Below the pieces are notes generated by a model that was not told the DNA's origin, did no database searches, and worked only from the letters and a program-made list of their open reading frames with translations. This document shows positions 29,610-43,718 of a stretch of DNA of 64,000 bases, in pieces. A program made the translations under genes and the position numbers. Origin of the DNA: Lama glama (Eukaryota); NCBI GenBank assembly GCA_028534125.1, contig CM052818.1, forward strand, positions 34,040,001 through 34,104,000. The letters run 5' to 3'. The first letter of the stretch is position 1. Each line of letters opens with the position of its first letter.

Positions 29610-30050
29610 TCGCTGGGTGTCAGTCTGGAGGGCCCGGCTCTGCGGGCCTGTCCGCGCGGGGCGGGGGCCCTGCCCGCGGCCGCTGGCTGTCCGGACTCTG
29701 CCCGGGTCAGGGCGGCGGCCGCGGCCAGGAGGGCGACGTGGAGCGGCCACGTGGAGCGGCCCGGGGGAGGGCCGGGCGGCGGCGGGAGCCGAGGCGCGGC
29801 GGCGCGCAGCCTCCAGCGACGACCAAGCCGGACCCGGCTCGCGCCGCGCCGCGCCGCCGCAGGTGGGTGCGAGCCCCGCCCCGGAGGGCGGCCCGGGGCC
29901 GGTGGGGTGGGGGCCAGGGACCCCACCACGGGCGGCCGGGGACGCGGGCGCCGCGGGGCGGGACCGTGGGCCAAGGCGGCCTCTGGGCCTCTGGATCGGA
30001 TGCTGAAGGCGCAGTCCCACTGCATCCCCTGCGGCTCGGATGCCGCCAGA
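29610..30050 (+). promoter_or_regulatory. CGREF1: CGREF1 CpG-island promoter and probable non-coding exon 1 (donor CAG|GTGGGT after 29862)
   Basis: Very CpG-rich, with GC boxes and E-box CACGTG (~29748). It is the only CpG island between ABHD1 and the CGREF1 coding exons. Confidence 0.7.
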
Positions 30051-33000
30051 GAGGTGGTTCTCTCCTCTGGGCGCCTCTTGGAGGAGGTTATTCCTGAGAG
30101 CAGGTAAAGGGAGGTCTCAGAAATCGAGTCTGAGCTCCCTCGCTGTGATGAAGGGGGTTCATAATCCCCCAGGCGCTTTTCCCTCCGGTGTCTCATTCGT
30201 CGCTCTGACGGTCCTGGGTTGGGGGCTGGGGGTGGAGTGGGAGTGGCGTGGGGGTGGGGGAGGCTGGCAGGCGTTTCATTCTCTCTTGACACATGAGGAA
30301 AAGGGGGACTGCAGAGGGGCCGAGGTTATTACTAGCTGGAAGTGGAGCTCTCAGGTGTGGGACCCCTTTGGCTGTATCACCACTGCCTCTTCTCTTGGGG
30401 GCGGGGGCGGTGCTGAGAGTTACAGGGGGCACCAGAGAGATAAAGGAGAGGATTCAGTTCAAAATAACTTCCGACAGTTAGCATTAGCCAAAAATGGAAT
30501 GGATGACCTGTGAGGTGCTAGGCTTCTGTCCTGGAGAATCCAGCGGAGGCTGATGGCCATTGACAAGGATACTGTGCAAGCAATTTTTGCACTGGATGGG
30601 AAGTTAAGTGAAAGAAAAGGCCCCTGCGACATCTCAGAGTCTCTGAAATACGCAAGGAGCATCGGCTTGCTGCCAGCCACTCAACCTACATTATTCCGTT
30701 GCATCCTCTCCAAGCCCCTAAGAGATAGATACTGCTATCCATGTTTTTTACAGTGAAGGTCCCAGGGCTCAGAGACATTGACACCTGCCTAGATCATACC
30801 ATTAGCACAGTGAGAGGCCAGATTTGATCGGAGTTTTAACGCCAAGGCTTTCCTCCTGTGCACTGGTGCAAAGGCTTGAAAAAAATCAGAGGCCAGAAGG
30901 TCATAGTGAATGTGAGTGAGTGTGTGTGTGTGATATGAATAACTCTATTGAATTACGTCACAACTCTAACAGTTGTGGTGGATTTATGTGGTGGTCATTA
31001 TGTTTACGTACATTATAGTAATTGAAAATTATTAGGAACATTTTTATTTGACAGGCAGTGGTTCAATAACTGCTTTAATCCTGTTGCATATAAAAGCTTT
31101 TGTAAATAGTTAGAGATGTGTACGTGTGAACAAATCACATCACACCAAACTCATTACATGTTGCTTGAGGTGCCTTAGCCTGACTTCCTTTAAATAATAC
31201 AGCTGAGTTACCTATACTAAAAATGTCACAGTTGGAAGCATTACTTAAGAGAATATTACTTAGATGACACTAAAAGTCTACATGCAATTATTTGTTATAA
31301 TGAACTAGGATGTTAAGGTTGTCAGGAGGGCCCAGGATATTCCAGGTAGAGCATAGAACAGCTTGGGCAAAAGCACTGAAAATTGAAAGTGAAAAGTACT
31401 TCAGGGGACTCCAGTAACCCCTTGTTTGAGACAGTGTTAATATAATGCAACACTGGAAGGTGAGTCTAAAATGGTAACTTGATATCTGATTGTAGAAGGC
31501 TTTGAATGTCCAGGTGAGGACTCTGCATTGTAACAGAAGTAGGCAACCATTGAAGTTTTTGGAGCAGTGGAATGCTAGCAAAGGAAGATTACTCTGATGT
31601 GGGTATGGAGGATTCTTTAAATTGAGAAGATAGCAGAGGCAGGGACAAGAATGAGAAACTACTGTATTAGCTTGTGCAAGGAGTAATCCGTTTTCTTTCT
31701 TTCTTTTTTTTTGAGTAATTTGTTTTCTACTTAATATTCACTGTAACTCTGTGAGGTAAATATTGTTATTATCTCCATGATGCAGGATAATTAACTTACC
31801 CAAGGTTGCAGAGACAGTCTGTGGTGGAGCTGGGATTTGAACCTAGGCCTGGCTATGTTCCACAGCTCTATTCTCTGTCCACTGCACATGCTGAATAGTT
31901 GCATGCATGTGACAGTTATATAGGACCAAGAGGAGGAGAGTGAGAGTAATTCATGTGGGCAGGCTTCAGGACCAGGTCCTACTTCTCAGGGCCCAGGGCA
32001 AAAATAAGATTAAGAATTTCAAGACAGAGACAGCAGAGCACAACTAAGCCCAGAGCCCTTCTGAGAGCAGGGCCCTGTGTGACTGCCAAGAAGCCAATTC
32101 TAATCCTTATGACAATTTGACAAACCACGTCAAAACTTAGTGGCTGAAAACAATAGCATTGACTTTGCTTGTGAGTGTACAGTCTGGGCAGGGCTGCAGA
32201 GACAAGCTCAGTTCTGCTCCAGCAGTGTTGGCTGGGGCAGCTGAAGGCTGGGGCTTGGAATCATCTGGAGTTTTTCTCTCTTACCTGTCTGGCCCTCAGG
32301 CAGGGAAGTGAGCAGCTGGAACCTAGCACAAGTGGGACGGCTCAAGCATCCTTACCTCTATGTGGTTTCTCTACATTGTCTTTTCAGCATGGCACACTTC
32401 CTGCATGGAGGTTCAGGGCTTCAGAGCTGCATATCTGCATGGAGAGAGGGAGAGAGAGAGAGAAAAGAGAGAGATGAACAAGGTGTAAATCATGTTGCCT
32501 TTTATGATCTAGACGTGGAAGTCGTGTAGTATCATTTCAGCTATTTAGTAGATGTGAGTCTCTAAGTCCGAATCATACACAAGGAAAGGCAAATTTGACT
32601 CCAGCTATTTCCCACAAAAAAGAATTTGTAGACATGTTTCTCACACCAGCACAGTTGACCAATGATGAGTGAGTATATTAGTGGGATCTGGCAGGTGCTT
32701 CCCCTTTACGCCTGAACCGCTACCACCAGCATCATTCTATGTAGTTTACAAACGTCCTCTTTTAAAAGGCAACTGCTAGTGGATGGTAACACATTAAGCT
32801 TGGATGATAGGTTTTGACAGTTCTGAGGTATTTAAATTACTCTGGTGCCTCCTGTAGGGCTAGGTCCTGGTACTAAACAGATGGGGAGGAGAAAGCAATT
32901 TGATGGTATCCAGGTGGGGAGACCAGGATGTCAGGATATGTGAAGCTACCGCAGAGCAGTCTAGAAAAACTTCTGGAAGGAAAATGCCTTAACCAGGTGC

Positions 33001-34404
33001 TGCGCTGTACACGTCTTGTCTCATTTAACTCTCAGTGCACCCCATGAGAGGGGCTCTCATCAGTCTCATGTTACAGACAGAGATTCTGATACTCCGAAGT
33101 CACACATCTGGTGAGTTGCAGATCCTGCATTTAAACTTAGGTAGCATGAAGTTAGGACCCGTACCCTGAAACTCTGGGCTGTGCCACCTCTTTCTTAGAA
33201 ATTCTGTGTTTCTCTTTCTTTCTCTTAGTCATTGTTTTAGCATTCGTATCTTTTCCTACTTATATATTTGTAGCTTTATGGAAGAAAAAGGATAAGTAAT
33301 TTTACCTTTATGATCTTATAAGAGTGCTTCACTGATAGTAGGTACTCAATAAATATTAAAGGAATAAAGACCATTTGTCCTTATTCTACAGACATGTTTA
33401 CACTTGCCTTCCCGACTGATGCTCACCTTCCTGGTCTTTGTCACCACAGGTCTTGACTTCTGATGCTTCCATGGTATCCTCTGTGGCATCTGGTCCCAGG
33501 GTCCATACCCTCTGGCATTCTCCTTTTGGCCTCTTCTGGCCAGCTGGCCCTCTCAGCCATTTTGTGCCCCTCAGTCTGGAACCCTCAGCCCCCTCTCTTC
33601 AAACCAGCAGCACTCTGGATACAAAGAACTGGGTGAGGCGGCCCTCCTGCCCAGTCACCTAGACCCTCCCTAATCTACTTTTCCTAACCACCCAGGCACC
33701 CTGTGCGCAGGGCCTTCTCTCTAATCCTCAAAATTTAGGCACATAATTCTGCAGTTCTTGGATTTCCACTCAGTCTGCATGGGGTTTCTGTGGAGGTTTC
33801 TGTCTCTAGCCCCCTGTGGAGGCCCAGCTGGTGGTGAACTCCATCCTACTGAAAACCCAAATAGCCTTGAATCCAAGTTGCATTCCCTCCAGTCCTCCAT
33901 CACTTATCTTCTTGAACTTCATTCATAGTGTCTTTCATAATACAGAAGTTTAAACTTTTGATATACTCAAATCTGTCTGTTTTTTCCTTTAAAACTTATG
34001 AATTTGAAATATGTATCATTTTTAGTGACTTTGTCATGTAATATGATTTGCTTAGCCATTGCCTAAATGTTACACATTCAGATGGTTTACAATTCTTTGA
34101 CTAGTATTAATAGCACAGCTATGAATATCTTTATAATTTTTTCCGTTTGTGTTATTCCTTGTGTAAGCCCCAGTATGATATTGTTTTATGGCAATTAATA
34201 CAATTTTTCAGATTGCTCTCTAGAAATAGCTAAGGTTTACAGTTCCTCAAACAATATAAGTTAATACTAATTCAATTTCTTTATTGTACTTATAGGACTA
34301 TTAAAATATGCTGTTTCTTTTGGTATCAGTTTTGCTGTATGAAGTATGTTCAATTCTCCCACCATAATGGCAGATTACATTTTTCTAATTCAGGTTATGC
34401 CAGT

Positions 34405-35065
34405 TTTTTTTTTAAGACTTTATTTTTTTTATAGCAGTTTTAGGTTCACAGCAAAATTGAGAGGAAGGTACAGAGGTTTCCCACGTACCTCCTGCCCTAC
34501 ATGTGCACAGCATCATCCATTACGAACATGCCCCACTAGAGTGGTACATGATGAACTGATGAACCCATACTGACAAATAATAATCATCCAAAGTCCATAG
34601 TTTATCTTAGGGTTCACTCTTGGTGTTGTACATTCTATGGATTTGAACAAATGTACAATGACATGTATCCATTATTATAACATTATACAGAGTATTTTCA
34701 CTGCCCTGAGAATCCCCAGTGCTTCGCCTGTTCATCCCTTTCACCCCCAGTCCTTGGCAACCGTTGATCTTTTTATTGTCTCCACAGTTTTGCTTTTTCC
34801 AGAACGTTGCATAGTTGGAACCATAGTGTGTAGCCTTTTTAAATTGTTTTCTTTCACTTAGTAACATGCATTTAAGATTCCTCCAAGTCTTTTCATGGCT
34901 GAATAATTCATTCCTTTTTAGCACCGAATAATATTCTTTGTCTGGATATACCACAGTTTGTTTATCCATACAAGGGTATCTTGATTGCTTCCCAATTATG
35001 TTGGGAATAATTCATAATTGTGTTGTCAGTGTTCTGGATTTTGGCCGTTCTATTAGGTATATAGT
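34405..35065 (-). mobile_element. L1MC-type 3' end with TSD
   Basis: agcagttttaggttcacagcaaaattgagaggaaggtacagag ...; 15-bp TSD GTTATGCCAGTTTTT at 34394 and 35066. Confidence 0.85.
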
Positions 35066-36179
35066 GTTATGCCAGTTTTTGTTTTAGATGTTTTGAGGCT
35101 GTGTTATTAGCTACCTACAAGTTCAGAATTATCTTTCTAGGGGATTAAGCTTTTAAGCATTTTTGTAATGTTTATCTATAATAATACTTTTCACCTTAAT
35201 GCCTATTTAGTCTAATGTCAATAAAGCTATGCCAGCTTTTTTTGGTCTAGTATTTCTTTGTATATACTTCTGTAATTTTGCTTTCAACCTTTCTGTGTCT
35301 TTGCCTTTTAGGCTAATCTCTTGAAAATTGCATGTAACTGTATGTTGGTTTATATACCTTTTGATAATCTCTATTCTTAACTGATAAGCTTATGCAATTT
35401 ATGTTTTTTTAACTATTCACTTTTATTTTTAAATATATCCAATTCATGTTTATTATGATTAATAGTATACTTGGATGTATTTTTACCATCTTATTTTATG
35501 CTTTCTATTTCTTTTCCATTTTAATTAATTTATTTAATTTTAGGTTTTTTTTTCCTTTTTCCCTGACTTCCTTTGAATTGATTTTTTAAAAAATTCCATT
35601 CCCTTTTTTCTCTGCTGGTTTGAGGTCAAGCATTCTATTTCTATTTTTTCAGTGGTTTAAAAAAAATTTACATGCACATTTAACAAAGTTGATCAACATG
35701 TCTATTTTCTTCCCAAGCAACCATCATCACCATACATCATAATGTTGTCCAATATTGTAGTTCAGGCTACCTTTTTTGCCCAATATATTAACATAATTAT
35801 CACTATTTAACAGTCTCTGTTTAGATTTTCCCACATACTTTCTGATTTCTTTGTTCACCGTTGCATTTCAAACACTCCCTTGCATTTCAAACCTTCCTTC
35901 TGGGATCATTTTTCCTTTTTTGTGAATTATATCTCTTAAAATTTCCTTTAAAAGAGGAATGTTGGTAGTAAATTCTCTAACTTGTGGTTTATCTAAATTT
36001 TATCTAATATTTTTTTGTTTGACCTCATTCTTGAAAGATAATTTTGCTGAGAATAGAATTCTAGAATGGCAGTTTCCACCCCTTTCTCAACATATTAAAA
36101 TACTAAACTACTGTGTTCTGGTAACACTGTTGCTGTCAGTCTAATTACTCTTCCTTTTAGGTGATTTATTTTTCTTTCT

Positions 36180-39017
36180 TTCTCTTTTATTTATTTATTT
36201 GTTTGTTCATTTTTGTTTTTATTTTTTCATTGAGTTACAATCAGTTTACAATGTTGTGTCACTATTTTTTAACTGAAGTATAGTCAGTTGCACTGTGTCA
36301 GTTTCTGGTGTACAGCATAATGTCCCAGTTATACATATACATACTTATATTCATTTTCATATTCTCTTTCATTAAAGGTTACTACAAGATATTGAATATA
36401 GTTTCCTGTGCTATACAGAAGAAATTTGTTTTTTATCTATTTTTATATATAGTAGTTAATATTTGCAAATCTTAAACTCCCAAATTTATCCCTTCCCACC
36501 CCTTTTCCCCCAGTAACCATAAGATTGTTTACTATGTCTATGAGTCTGTTTCTGTTTTGTAGATGAGTTCATTAGTGTCTTTTCTTTTTTAATTTATTTT
36601 ATTTTATTTCTTTCCAGTTTTATTATATAGAATTATTACAGTTTGCCCTCACTCTGCAGTTATACTTCTCTTGAGTTCTCTAAACATCTTCACCATCATC
36701 ATTTTAAACTCTTTCTCAGATAAATTGCCTGTTTCCTCATCACTTATTTCTTCTTCTATGATTTTATCTTGTGTCTTGTCCTGGAGGATATTCCTCTGCT
36801 GCCTCATTTTGTCTGTCTTTCTCTTTGTGTTTTTAGATGGGCTAGTTAAGATTCTCAACCTTGGAGAAGTGGCCCTTTGTGGGAGATGTCCTGTGCATCC
36901 CAGCAGTACACTCCTCTCTTGTCCCCCAAGGGGCAGGGTCGAGCTGGTCCCAGTGTAAAGTCTGGCCTGTGTTTGTGGATTCCTTCCACAGGCTTGGGGC
37001 TATTGTTTTCTTATTTCTGGTATCTGCCCCCTGGTGGATGAGGCAGGGCTAGAGGCTTATGTAGGTTTCCTGACAGGAGGGTTGGTGCTTGCCCACTGCT
37101 GGGTGAAGCTTGGCCTGGACCTCTGGTGGGTAGGGCCCTGCCTAGAGGTGTTTGTGGCTCAGAAAGTGTGCTGATGAATGAGGCTGTGTTTCCACCCAGT
37201 ATGTTGTTTGGCCTGAGGGTTCCTAGCCCTTAAGCCTACTGGCTGTTGGGTGGGGCTGGGTCTTGGTGTTATTAATCCAATCAAGATGTCAGCCTCCAGG
37301 GAAGCTCATGAAGATGAACACTCCCAGAGTGTCCACCACCAGCTTCTATGTCCCCTGTGTGAGCTGCAGCAGTCCCCTAACTCCCCAGGAGAACTTCCAA
37401 AACTAGCAGGCTGGTCTGGCCCAGGTTCCTATGCAATCACCATCTCTGCCCCTGGACCTGGTGCACTCAAGATCCTGTGTGCGCCTCCCAAGAGAGTTAA
37501 ATCTGTCTCTCCCAGTCCTGTGGGGCTCCTGAAGTTAAGCCTCACTGGCCTTCAAAACCAGATGCCCTGGGGTCTCCTCCTCCCACTGCTGGAACCCTGG
37601 TCTGGAGAGACTGATGTGGGAGTCAGAACTCTCGCTCCTGTGAAAGTGCCTCTGTGACTTAATTGTTCTTCAGTTTGTGGATTGCCCACCCAGAGGGTAT
37701 GGGACCCAACTATATTGTGAGTGCACCCCTCCTACCTTCCTGTTATGGTTCTGTCTCAATGTTTCCACTTGAAGCAGATCCTTTTTGTTAGACTCCAGTC
37801 TTTTTTCTCAATGGCTGTCAAGAAGTCAGTTGTGGTTTTGTTGTAGCTGCAAGGAGAGGCGAGTTCATGGCCCTACTACTCCACCATCTTGATTCAATCT
37901 CTCCTTTTTTCTTTTTTTAGATTCCATATATGAGTGGTATCCTATGGTATTTTTCTTTCTCTTTCTGACTTAATTCACTTAGAATGACGATCTCCAGGTC
38001 CATTCATGTGGCTGCAAATGGCATTATTTTATTCTTTTTTATGGCTGAGTGGTATTCCATTGTGTAAATATACCACATCTTCTTTATCCAGTCATCTGTC
38101 AGTGGACATTTAGGTTGCTTCCATGTCTTGGCTATTGTATATTGTATAGTGCTGTTATGAACATTGAGGTGCACGTATCTTTTCTAATTAGAGTTCCCCC
38201 TGGATATATGGCCAGGAGTGGGATTGCTGGATCATATGGTAAGTCTATTTTTAGTTTTTTGAGGCATTTCCATACTATTTTCCATAATGTCTGGACCAAA
38301 CTACATTATGACCAAAGTGTAGGAGGGTTCTCTTTTCTCCACACCCTCTCCAGCATTTATCGCTTGTGGACTTTTTAATGATGGCATTCTGACTGGTGTG
38401 AGGTGATACCTCATTGTAGTTTAGATTTGCATTTCTCTGATAATTAGCAATATTGAGCATTTTTTCATGTGCCTATGGGCCATTTCTGTGTCTTCATTGG
38501 AGAATTGCTTGTTTAGGTCTTCTGCCCATTTTTAGATTGGGTTGTTTGTTGTTTTGTTATTAAGTTGTATGAGCTGTTTGTATATTCTGGAAATTAAACC
38601 TTTGTCAGTCACATCATTTGCAAATATTTTCTCCCATTCTGTAGGTTGTCGTTTTGTTTTGCTTATGGTTTCCTTTGCTGTGCAAAATCTTGGAAATTTA
38701 ACTAGGTCCCATTTGTTTGTTTTTGCTTTTATTTTCATTGCCTTGGGAGACTACCCTAGGAGAACATTGCTAAGATTTATTCAGAAAATGTTTTGCCTAT
38801 GTTTTCTTCTAGGAGGTTTGTAGTGTCTCGTCTTATGTTTATGTCTTTAAGCCATTTTGAGTTTATTTGTGTGTATGGTGTGAGGGTGTGTTCTAACTTC
38901 ACTGATTTACATGCGACTGTCCAGTTCCCCAACACCACTTGCTGAAGAGACTGTCATTTTTCCATTGTATATTCTTGCCTCCTTTGTCGAATACTAATTG
39001 ATTGTAGGTCTGTGGGT
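36180..39017 (-). mobile_element. Younger 5'-truncated L1 (ORF2 3' end plus 3'UTR)
   Basis: ORF-track peptides at 38275-38738 ([23 protein letters not shown]) are L1 ORF2 C-terminal sequence. The 3'UTR is at 36210-36585 and 37918 onward. Confidence 0.9.
36590..37904 (-). mobile_element. Nested L1-derived element: full 5'UTR, 52-codon ORF1 stub and A-rich tail
   Basis: 5' end GGAGAGATTGAATCAAGATGGTGGAGTAG. ORF1 start MRQQRNILQDKTQDKIIEEEISDEETGNLSEKEFKMMMVKMFRELKR (36807-36649). AATAAA at ~36624-36619, then an A-rich tail. Confidence 0.8.
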
Positions 39018-41256
39018 GTTTTTTCTTTCTGACTGCTCTTAACATCTTTTCTTTTTCTCAGTGTTCTGTTGTTTTAGAATAATAGCTCTAGACGTGTGTT
39101 TCTGATTATTTAATCTGCCTGGGATTGTTGGGCTTCCTGGATGGGAATATTAGTGTTTTGCAACATAGTGGAAAAATCTCTGATATTATTTCTTCAAATA
39201 CCGCTTCTGTCTAATTTTCTCTATTATTGCCTCCATCCTCCATGCTGCTTAACCTTTGTTTTATATTTTCTATGTCTTTGACCCAATGAACTGCATTCTG
39301 GATAATTTATTCAGATTTATTTCCCAGTTCATTAATTCTCATACCATCTGTGTCTAATCTATTTAACTCACTCATTGCATTTTTTTTTAAAAAATCTATG
39401 TTTTTAAAAACTTTGTATAAATTGTATTTTGAGAGAAAAGCTGTTTGAATCCAAAATTTGTGTGGGTAATATCCTATTAGTCTCTTTACATTGGGAGGGC
39501 CCCAATGTAAAGGCTTTATCTCTGGTTTCCTCTATTGTACAAAGTACTCAACTGGTAGTTGAAGTTAAGCTGGTTTGGTTTGGCAGATACTTTTCAGGCA
39601 AAAGCTGATTTCAAGCACAGTTTTTCACCAGGAATGACTGTTTTCACTGTGCTTTTGTACCCTGGGTATTTCTTACTTTCTTGCCAACTCAATGCATTAA
39701 AAAAGATACTTTCTGTTTTTATCCGGCTTTGTAGTTACTTTTTTTGGGACATTTACTCTCATACTCCCAGATGTGGAAGTCTGGATATTGTTCTGGTCCA
39801 TCCTTTCACTGAGGTGTGTCCACTGTGGTGGGACCTCTAAGAGTCCCCAGGAGTATGGAGACCTCAGTTCTATCTGCTCCCTTGGACAGGTCTAAGACCT
39901 GTCTTCTCTCTTGGCTACAACAACTGAAGTCCAAGGATCTATGTTGCCAGTGGAAGTTCACAAACACCTTTAAGGCAGCTGTGGCTTCTGCACATATTTG
40001 GCCACAGGGGACTATGGACACCAACAAACTATGTATCTGTTGGGGCCAATGTATGTGTAGAAAAGTGGAGACAGTTTCTATGACTCTCAGTAGCCTCATT
40101 TTCTCGTGGACTTCCATGTTTTGCTGCTTCTTCCTCAAAACAGCTCTATTTGCACAGCTACAGCTGGGTCCCCACATGTACCTGCCAGTTGGCCAGATGC
40201 TCACCTGCTCTACCCCACATCTCTTAGGAAGCTGACATCCCCCCTTGCAGTGGTTCTGAACCCTGTCAGGGGTCATGGAACTCTTTGAGAATCTGCTGAA
40301 AGCTATGGATCTTTCGCCAGGAAAATTCAATGCCAGCCAGAGTGCACATTTCAGAGGGTTCCTGATCCTCTGCACCTGATGATTTGTCTTTCTTGAGATG
40401 AGTTTGAGGTCTCAGGCCTCGGCTTTAGAGGGCTTCTTCTTCCTCAGAAACTCACATGATACGTACACTCTCAGGACTAATCAGAACGCTTCATGCTCGG
40501 TGCTTTTGATGGATCCTCTGCTTGACTGCTTTCTTATAATCAAGTGATTGTGCTGCCAATGGGCCTACACAATGTAGATCTAAAGGAAATTGACTGTTTT
40601 TTTCTTCATACTGGGATCTGGTTTTCCTAACTGCCTTTAGTAAATAGCAATTCCTGGGACCACTGTTGGATTGACCTTGATTTGCTGATCTTTGATCAAC
40701 CTTGATCCCTACCTGAGTGTAGACCTGTTTCAAGCAATCTGAGCCCCTTTTGATTTGTTCTTCAGTGAGTTTTTCATAAATACAAACCAACAATCTGTTT
40801 CCCTCTCTGTTTAAGGCTTGGTCTTCTTGTAACTCTCTGCATTTCTAATTTGGCCTTTTTCTTAACCTCTCTGAGCTAGTTTCCATCTGTAAAATGAGTG
40901 GACTAAACTAGATCAGATATACTTAAACTGCACTTCTCTGAGCACCTGGGGGGCTGGCAAGGCAAGGGGAGTGGGGTGTGTGGAGGGGCTCCTGCCCACA
41001 GTGTGGCTTCTCCCAGAGCAGATCTGCTTTATGCACTTTACAAGCTGGAGAGGGAATAAGATTTATTTTGAGTAAAGTTCCATGGAGGGGGTGGTTACTG
41101 ATGCCTGTGTCTGACTCCTCCCTGAGCAGGGGTCCTGTCACCTGGGCTGCAGGTGGAGGCAGGGAGAGAGGCCCAACCCACCGATCCCTGCCTCTGTGGC
41201 AGACACCCCTTCCCTCTGACCCCCTAACTCTGTTCCTACTTCCAGTTACAGGAAGG

Positions 41257-43528
41257 ATGTTACCACTGACAATGAAAATACTAGTTTTGCTGCTGCTGCC
41301 GCTGCCCCTAAGTCAGGCTGCTCCCAAGGATGGAACCATGAGGTAATGGGATTCAGAGGGCAGGGCCGTGGGCCTGGAGTAGTGAGTGTCTCTGGAGAAT
41401 CGGAGGGGTGGTGGGCCCCTCTGGGAGGCAGGAGACTGGGGCACACGCTCCCTGACTTCTGTATCATCCTAACCCACCTCAACGTCTGCCTAGTGCCTGT
41501 GCAAAGTGGGTATTCAACACATGTTTTCTGGACTTGCTTGGAAACCAGGGGTTCATTTCCAGTGAGGTGTGAAGCTATGGGTCAGGGAAGGGGCTGCAGT
41601 CCCCTTATCAAGACTCTGTAGTAGGAACGCCAAAGAAATAGAGATAATTAGCATATCATTTCTATTTTATTTGAATACTTTCTCGTTGTTTTGTGTATTA
41701 ATGCAATGCGGTGGGAAAGCTGGGTGGGGCCGGGGGACAGATACAGAGCAGCAACAGGGCTGGCAGCAGTGACAAAAGTGCTGCACCAGCTCCTGCCAGC
41801 TCTCTGGCGTCAGAGATCTGGATAGACTTGGGCAAACAGGGATCCCTGTTCAGAAGTGGGAGCAAATCTTGAGCTTTAAAGACTGACAGAGCAGATTGAA
41901 ACTCCAAAACCAATATATGTGCCCTCAACTTGGGGAAAAAAAAGGGTCCATTTCATGTCATGGAGCAACTCGGGTCTGTGTAACACTGGGCAGTACCACT
42001 AGGCTCAGCCAGAGACCTGTCCCTGAGCTCCCAGCATCCCAGTAGAAGAGTTGCCACGATCCATGTTGTCCTGCTGCCCACTGTGCTGTTTTCTTGGGTC
42101 TTAAACTTGTACCTTCGAGGTGTGACCTCCTCCTAACTGGATGTTTTATTGAGATTTTCACTTAACATTTAAGTTAGGAATCTGCAAGAGCAGAGTCTGG
42201 GCAGTAATGTTCTGCTTCTGAGGAAGCCAGAAGGGCCTCATCCCCACAAAGTTTTGGGAATCCAGAGAAGCAGCTTGCTTTGGGTCTGGGGAGGGAACTG
42301 TACCAGGAGCTTGGGGATAGAAGGCTGTTGCCAGGCTGGGCCCTCAGGGAGGCTCTTTGCAAGGCTGGTCCTTCCCTCCTTCCTCCAGGCTGGTCCCTGA
42401 AGAGCAGCATCTGCCTCTGCCCAACCCCTTCCAGCCAGGCCAGGAGCAGCTTCGGTGAGTAGGCTGGGCTGGGGACCTGAGGGTCAGGCCTGGGCCTGCA
42501 GACTGGCTTCTTGGGGGCTGATTTTCTGCTTTCCTGCCAGACTTCTGCAGAGCTACCTAAAGGGACTAGAGAAGATGGAAGAGGAGCCGGAGCACATGAG
42601 CCGGGAACAGGGTGAGGACCTGGGCTGGGCTGTTAGGGCCAGTGGACCGGAGGCTCAGGGCAGCCTGAGCTTGGACTGACCTCGGGCCATCCCAGGACTC
42701 CTGCCTCCTCCACCTATCCCCTGATGCCTCTTCTGATCCAGCCTTTCCTTCTTAGTTCTCCTCTACCTCTTTGCCCTCCATGACTATGACCAGAGTGGAC
42801 AGCTGGATGGCCTAGAGCTGTTGTCCATGTTGACAGCAGCTCTGGCCCCTGGAGCTGCTGACTCTCCCACCACCAACCCGGTAAGCCCTGATGGATGGGA
42901 GGCCCCTTCTCCCAAGAAGAAGACCCAGCTCCTTGTGGCTTTGGTTTTTTTCATCATGATTCTTTGGGTGAATCCCTTGTAAAAGGAGGGCTCAAAGCCT
43001 GCATGGCAGGGATGCAGAGGGTGTTGTTGGGTGGGTCAAGGCTCCTGGGAGCATCTCCAGTCACTGTAGACCCTTCCACAGGTGATCCTGGTAGTGGATA
43101 AGGTGCTGGAGACCCAGGACCTGAATGGGGATGGGCTCATGACCCCTGCAGAGCTCATCAACTTCCCTGGAGAGGCCCCCAGGCTTGCAGAGCCCAAAGA
43201 GCCCCTGGGGCCACAAGAAGCTGAGACGCAGCCTCTGCTGGCTAAAACTCCATCAAGACAAGAAATACATGAAGCCCTGGGTCCTGGAGAAGAAGCTGGG
43301 GGACAGATGGAGGTCAGAAGGGAGTCCTCGGAGCCTGTACAGGAGGCTGAGGGACAGGCAGAGGCTGAAAAAGAAGCCCCAGGCCCAGGAGGGGAGATTG
43401 GGAGACAGGCAGAGGCCAGGGACACTGGAGAGGGAGCAGAGGAGCTCCCAGGGGAAACACTGGAGTCTGAGAACACCCCAAATGAGTTTGAGGTCCATGC
43501 TATTCAGCTGGAGAATGAAGAGATATAA
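41257..43528 (+). CDS. CGREF1: Cell growth regulator with EF-hand domain 1, 264 aa
   Basis: Coding exons 41257-41342, 42389-42454, 42541-42611, 42756-42880, 43082-43528 (795 nt). Signal peptide, EF-hands DYDQSGQLDGLE and DLNGDGLMTPAE, C-terminus ENEEI. Confidence 0.96.
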
Positions 43529-43718
43529 ACCTTGAGGATACAGGTTTGCACCCTATAAGTCTCAGTGCTAGAACGTAAACCGTGAAGGGTGGGTGGGGTG
43601 TGTATGTTGGGACGATGACCCCTTCTGTGCCCTGTTCCTGGCCCCAGTAGGCGGCAGGTCTTTCTGTGCAGCTCAGGGAGACCCTAAGTTGAAGGGCAGC
43701 TTTAGGGCCCGGACAACC

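Larger units (their letters stand above)
35080..39760 (-). mobile_element. Old decayed L1 hosting younger L1 insertions
   Basis: T-rich antisense L1M text (tttgctttcaacctttctgtgtct, ttgaaagataattttgctgagaatagaattctag) that resumes after ~39020. Confidence 0.65.

Noticed and set aside
29266..30292. Several overlapping 150-250-aa ORFs at the CGREF1 island
   Set aside because: These arise from stop-codon scarcity in a GC-rich CpG island plus a CA microsatellite, giving low-complexity G/R/A/P products.
39806..40375. Overlapping 189-aa and 139-aa ORFs in CGREF1 intron 1
   Set aside because: No recognisable domain, splice structure or retrocopy hallmarks that I could see.
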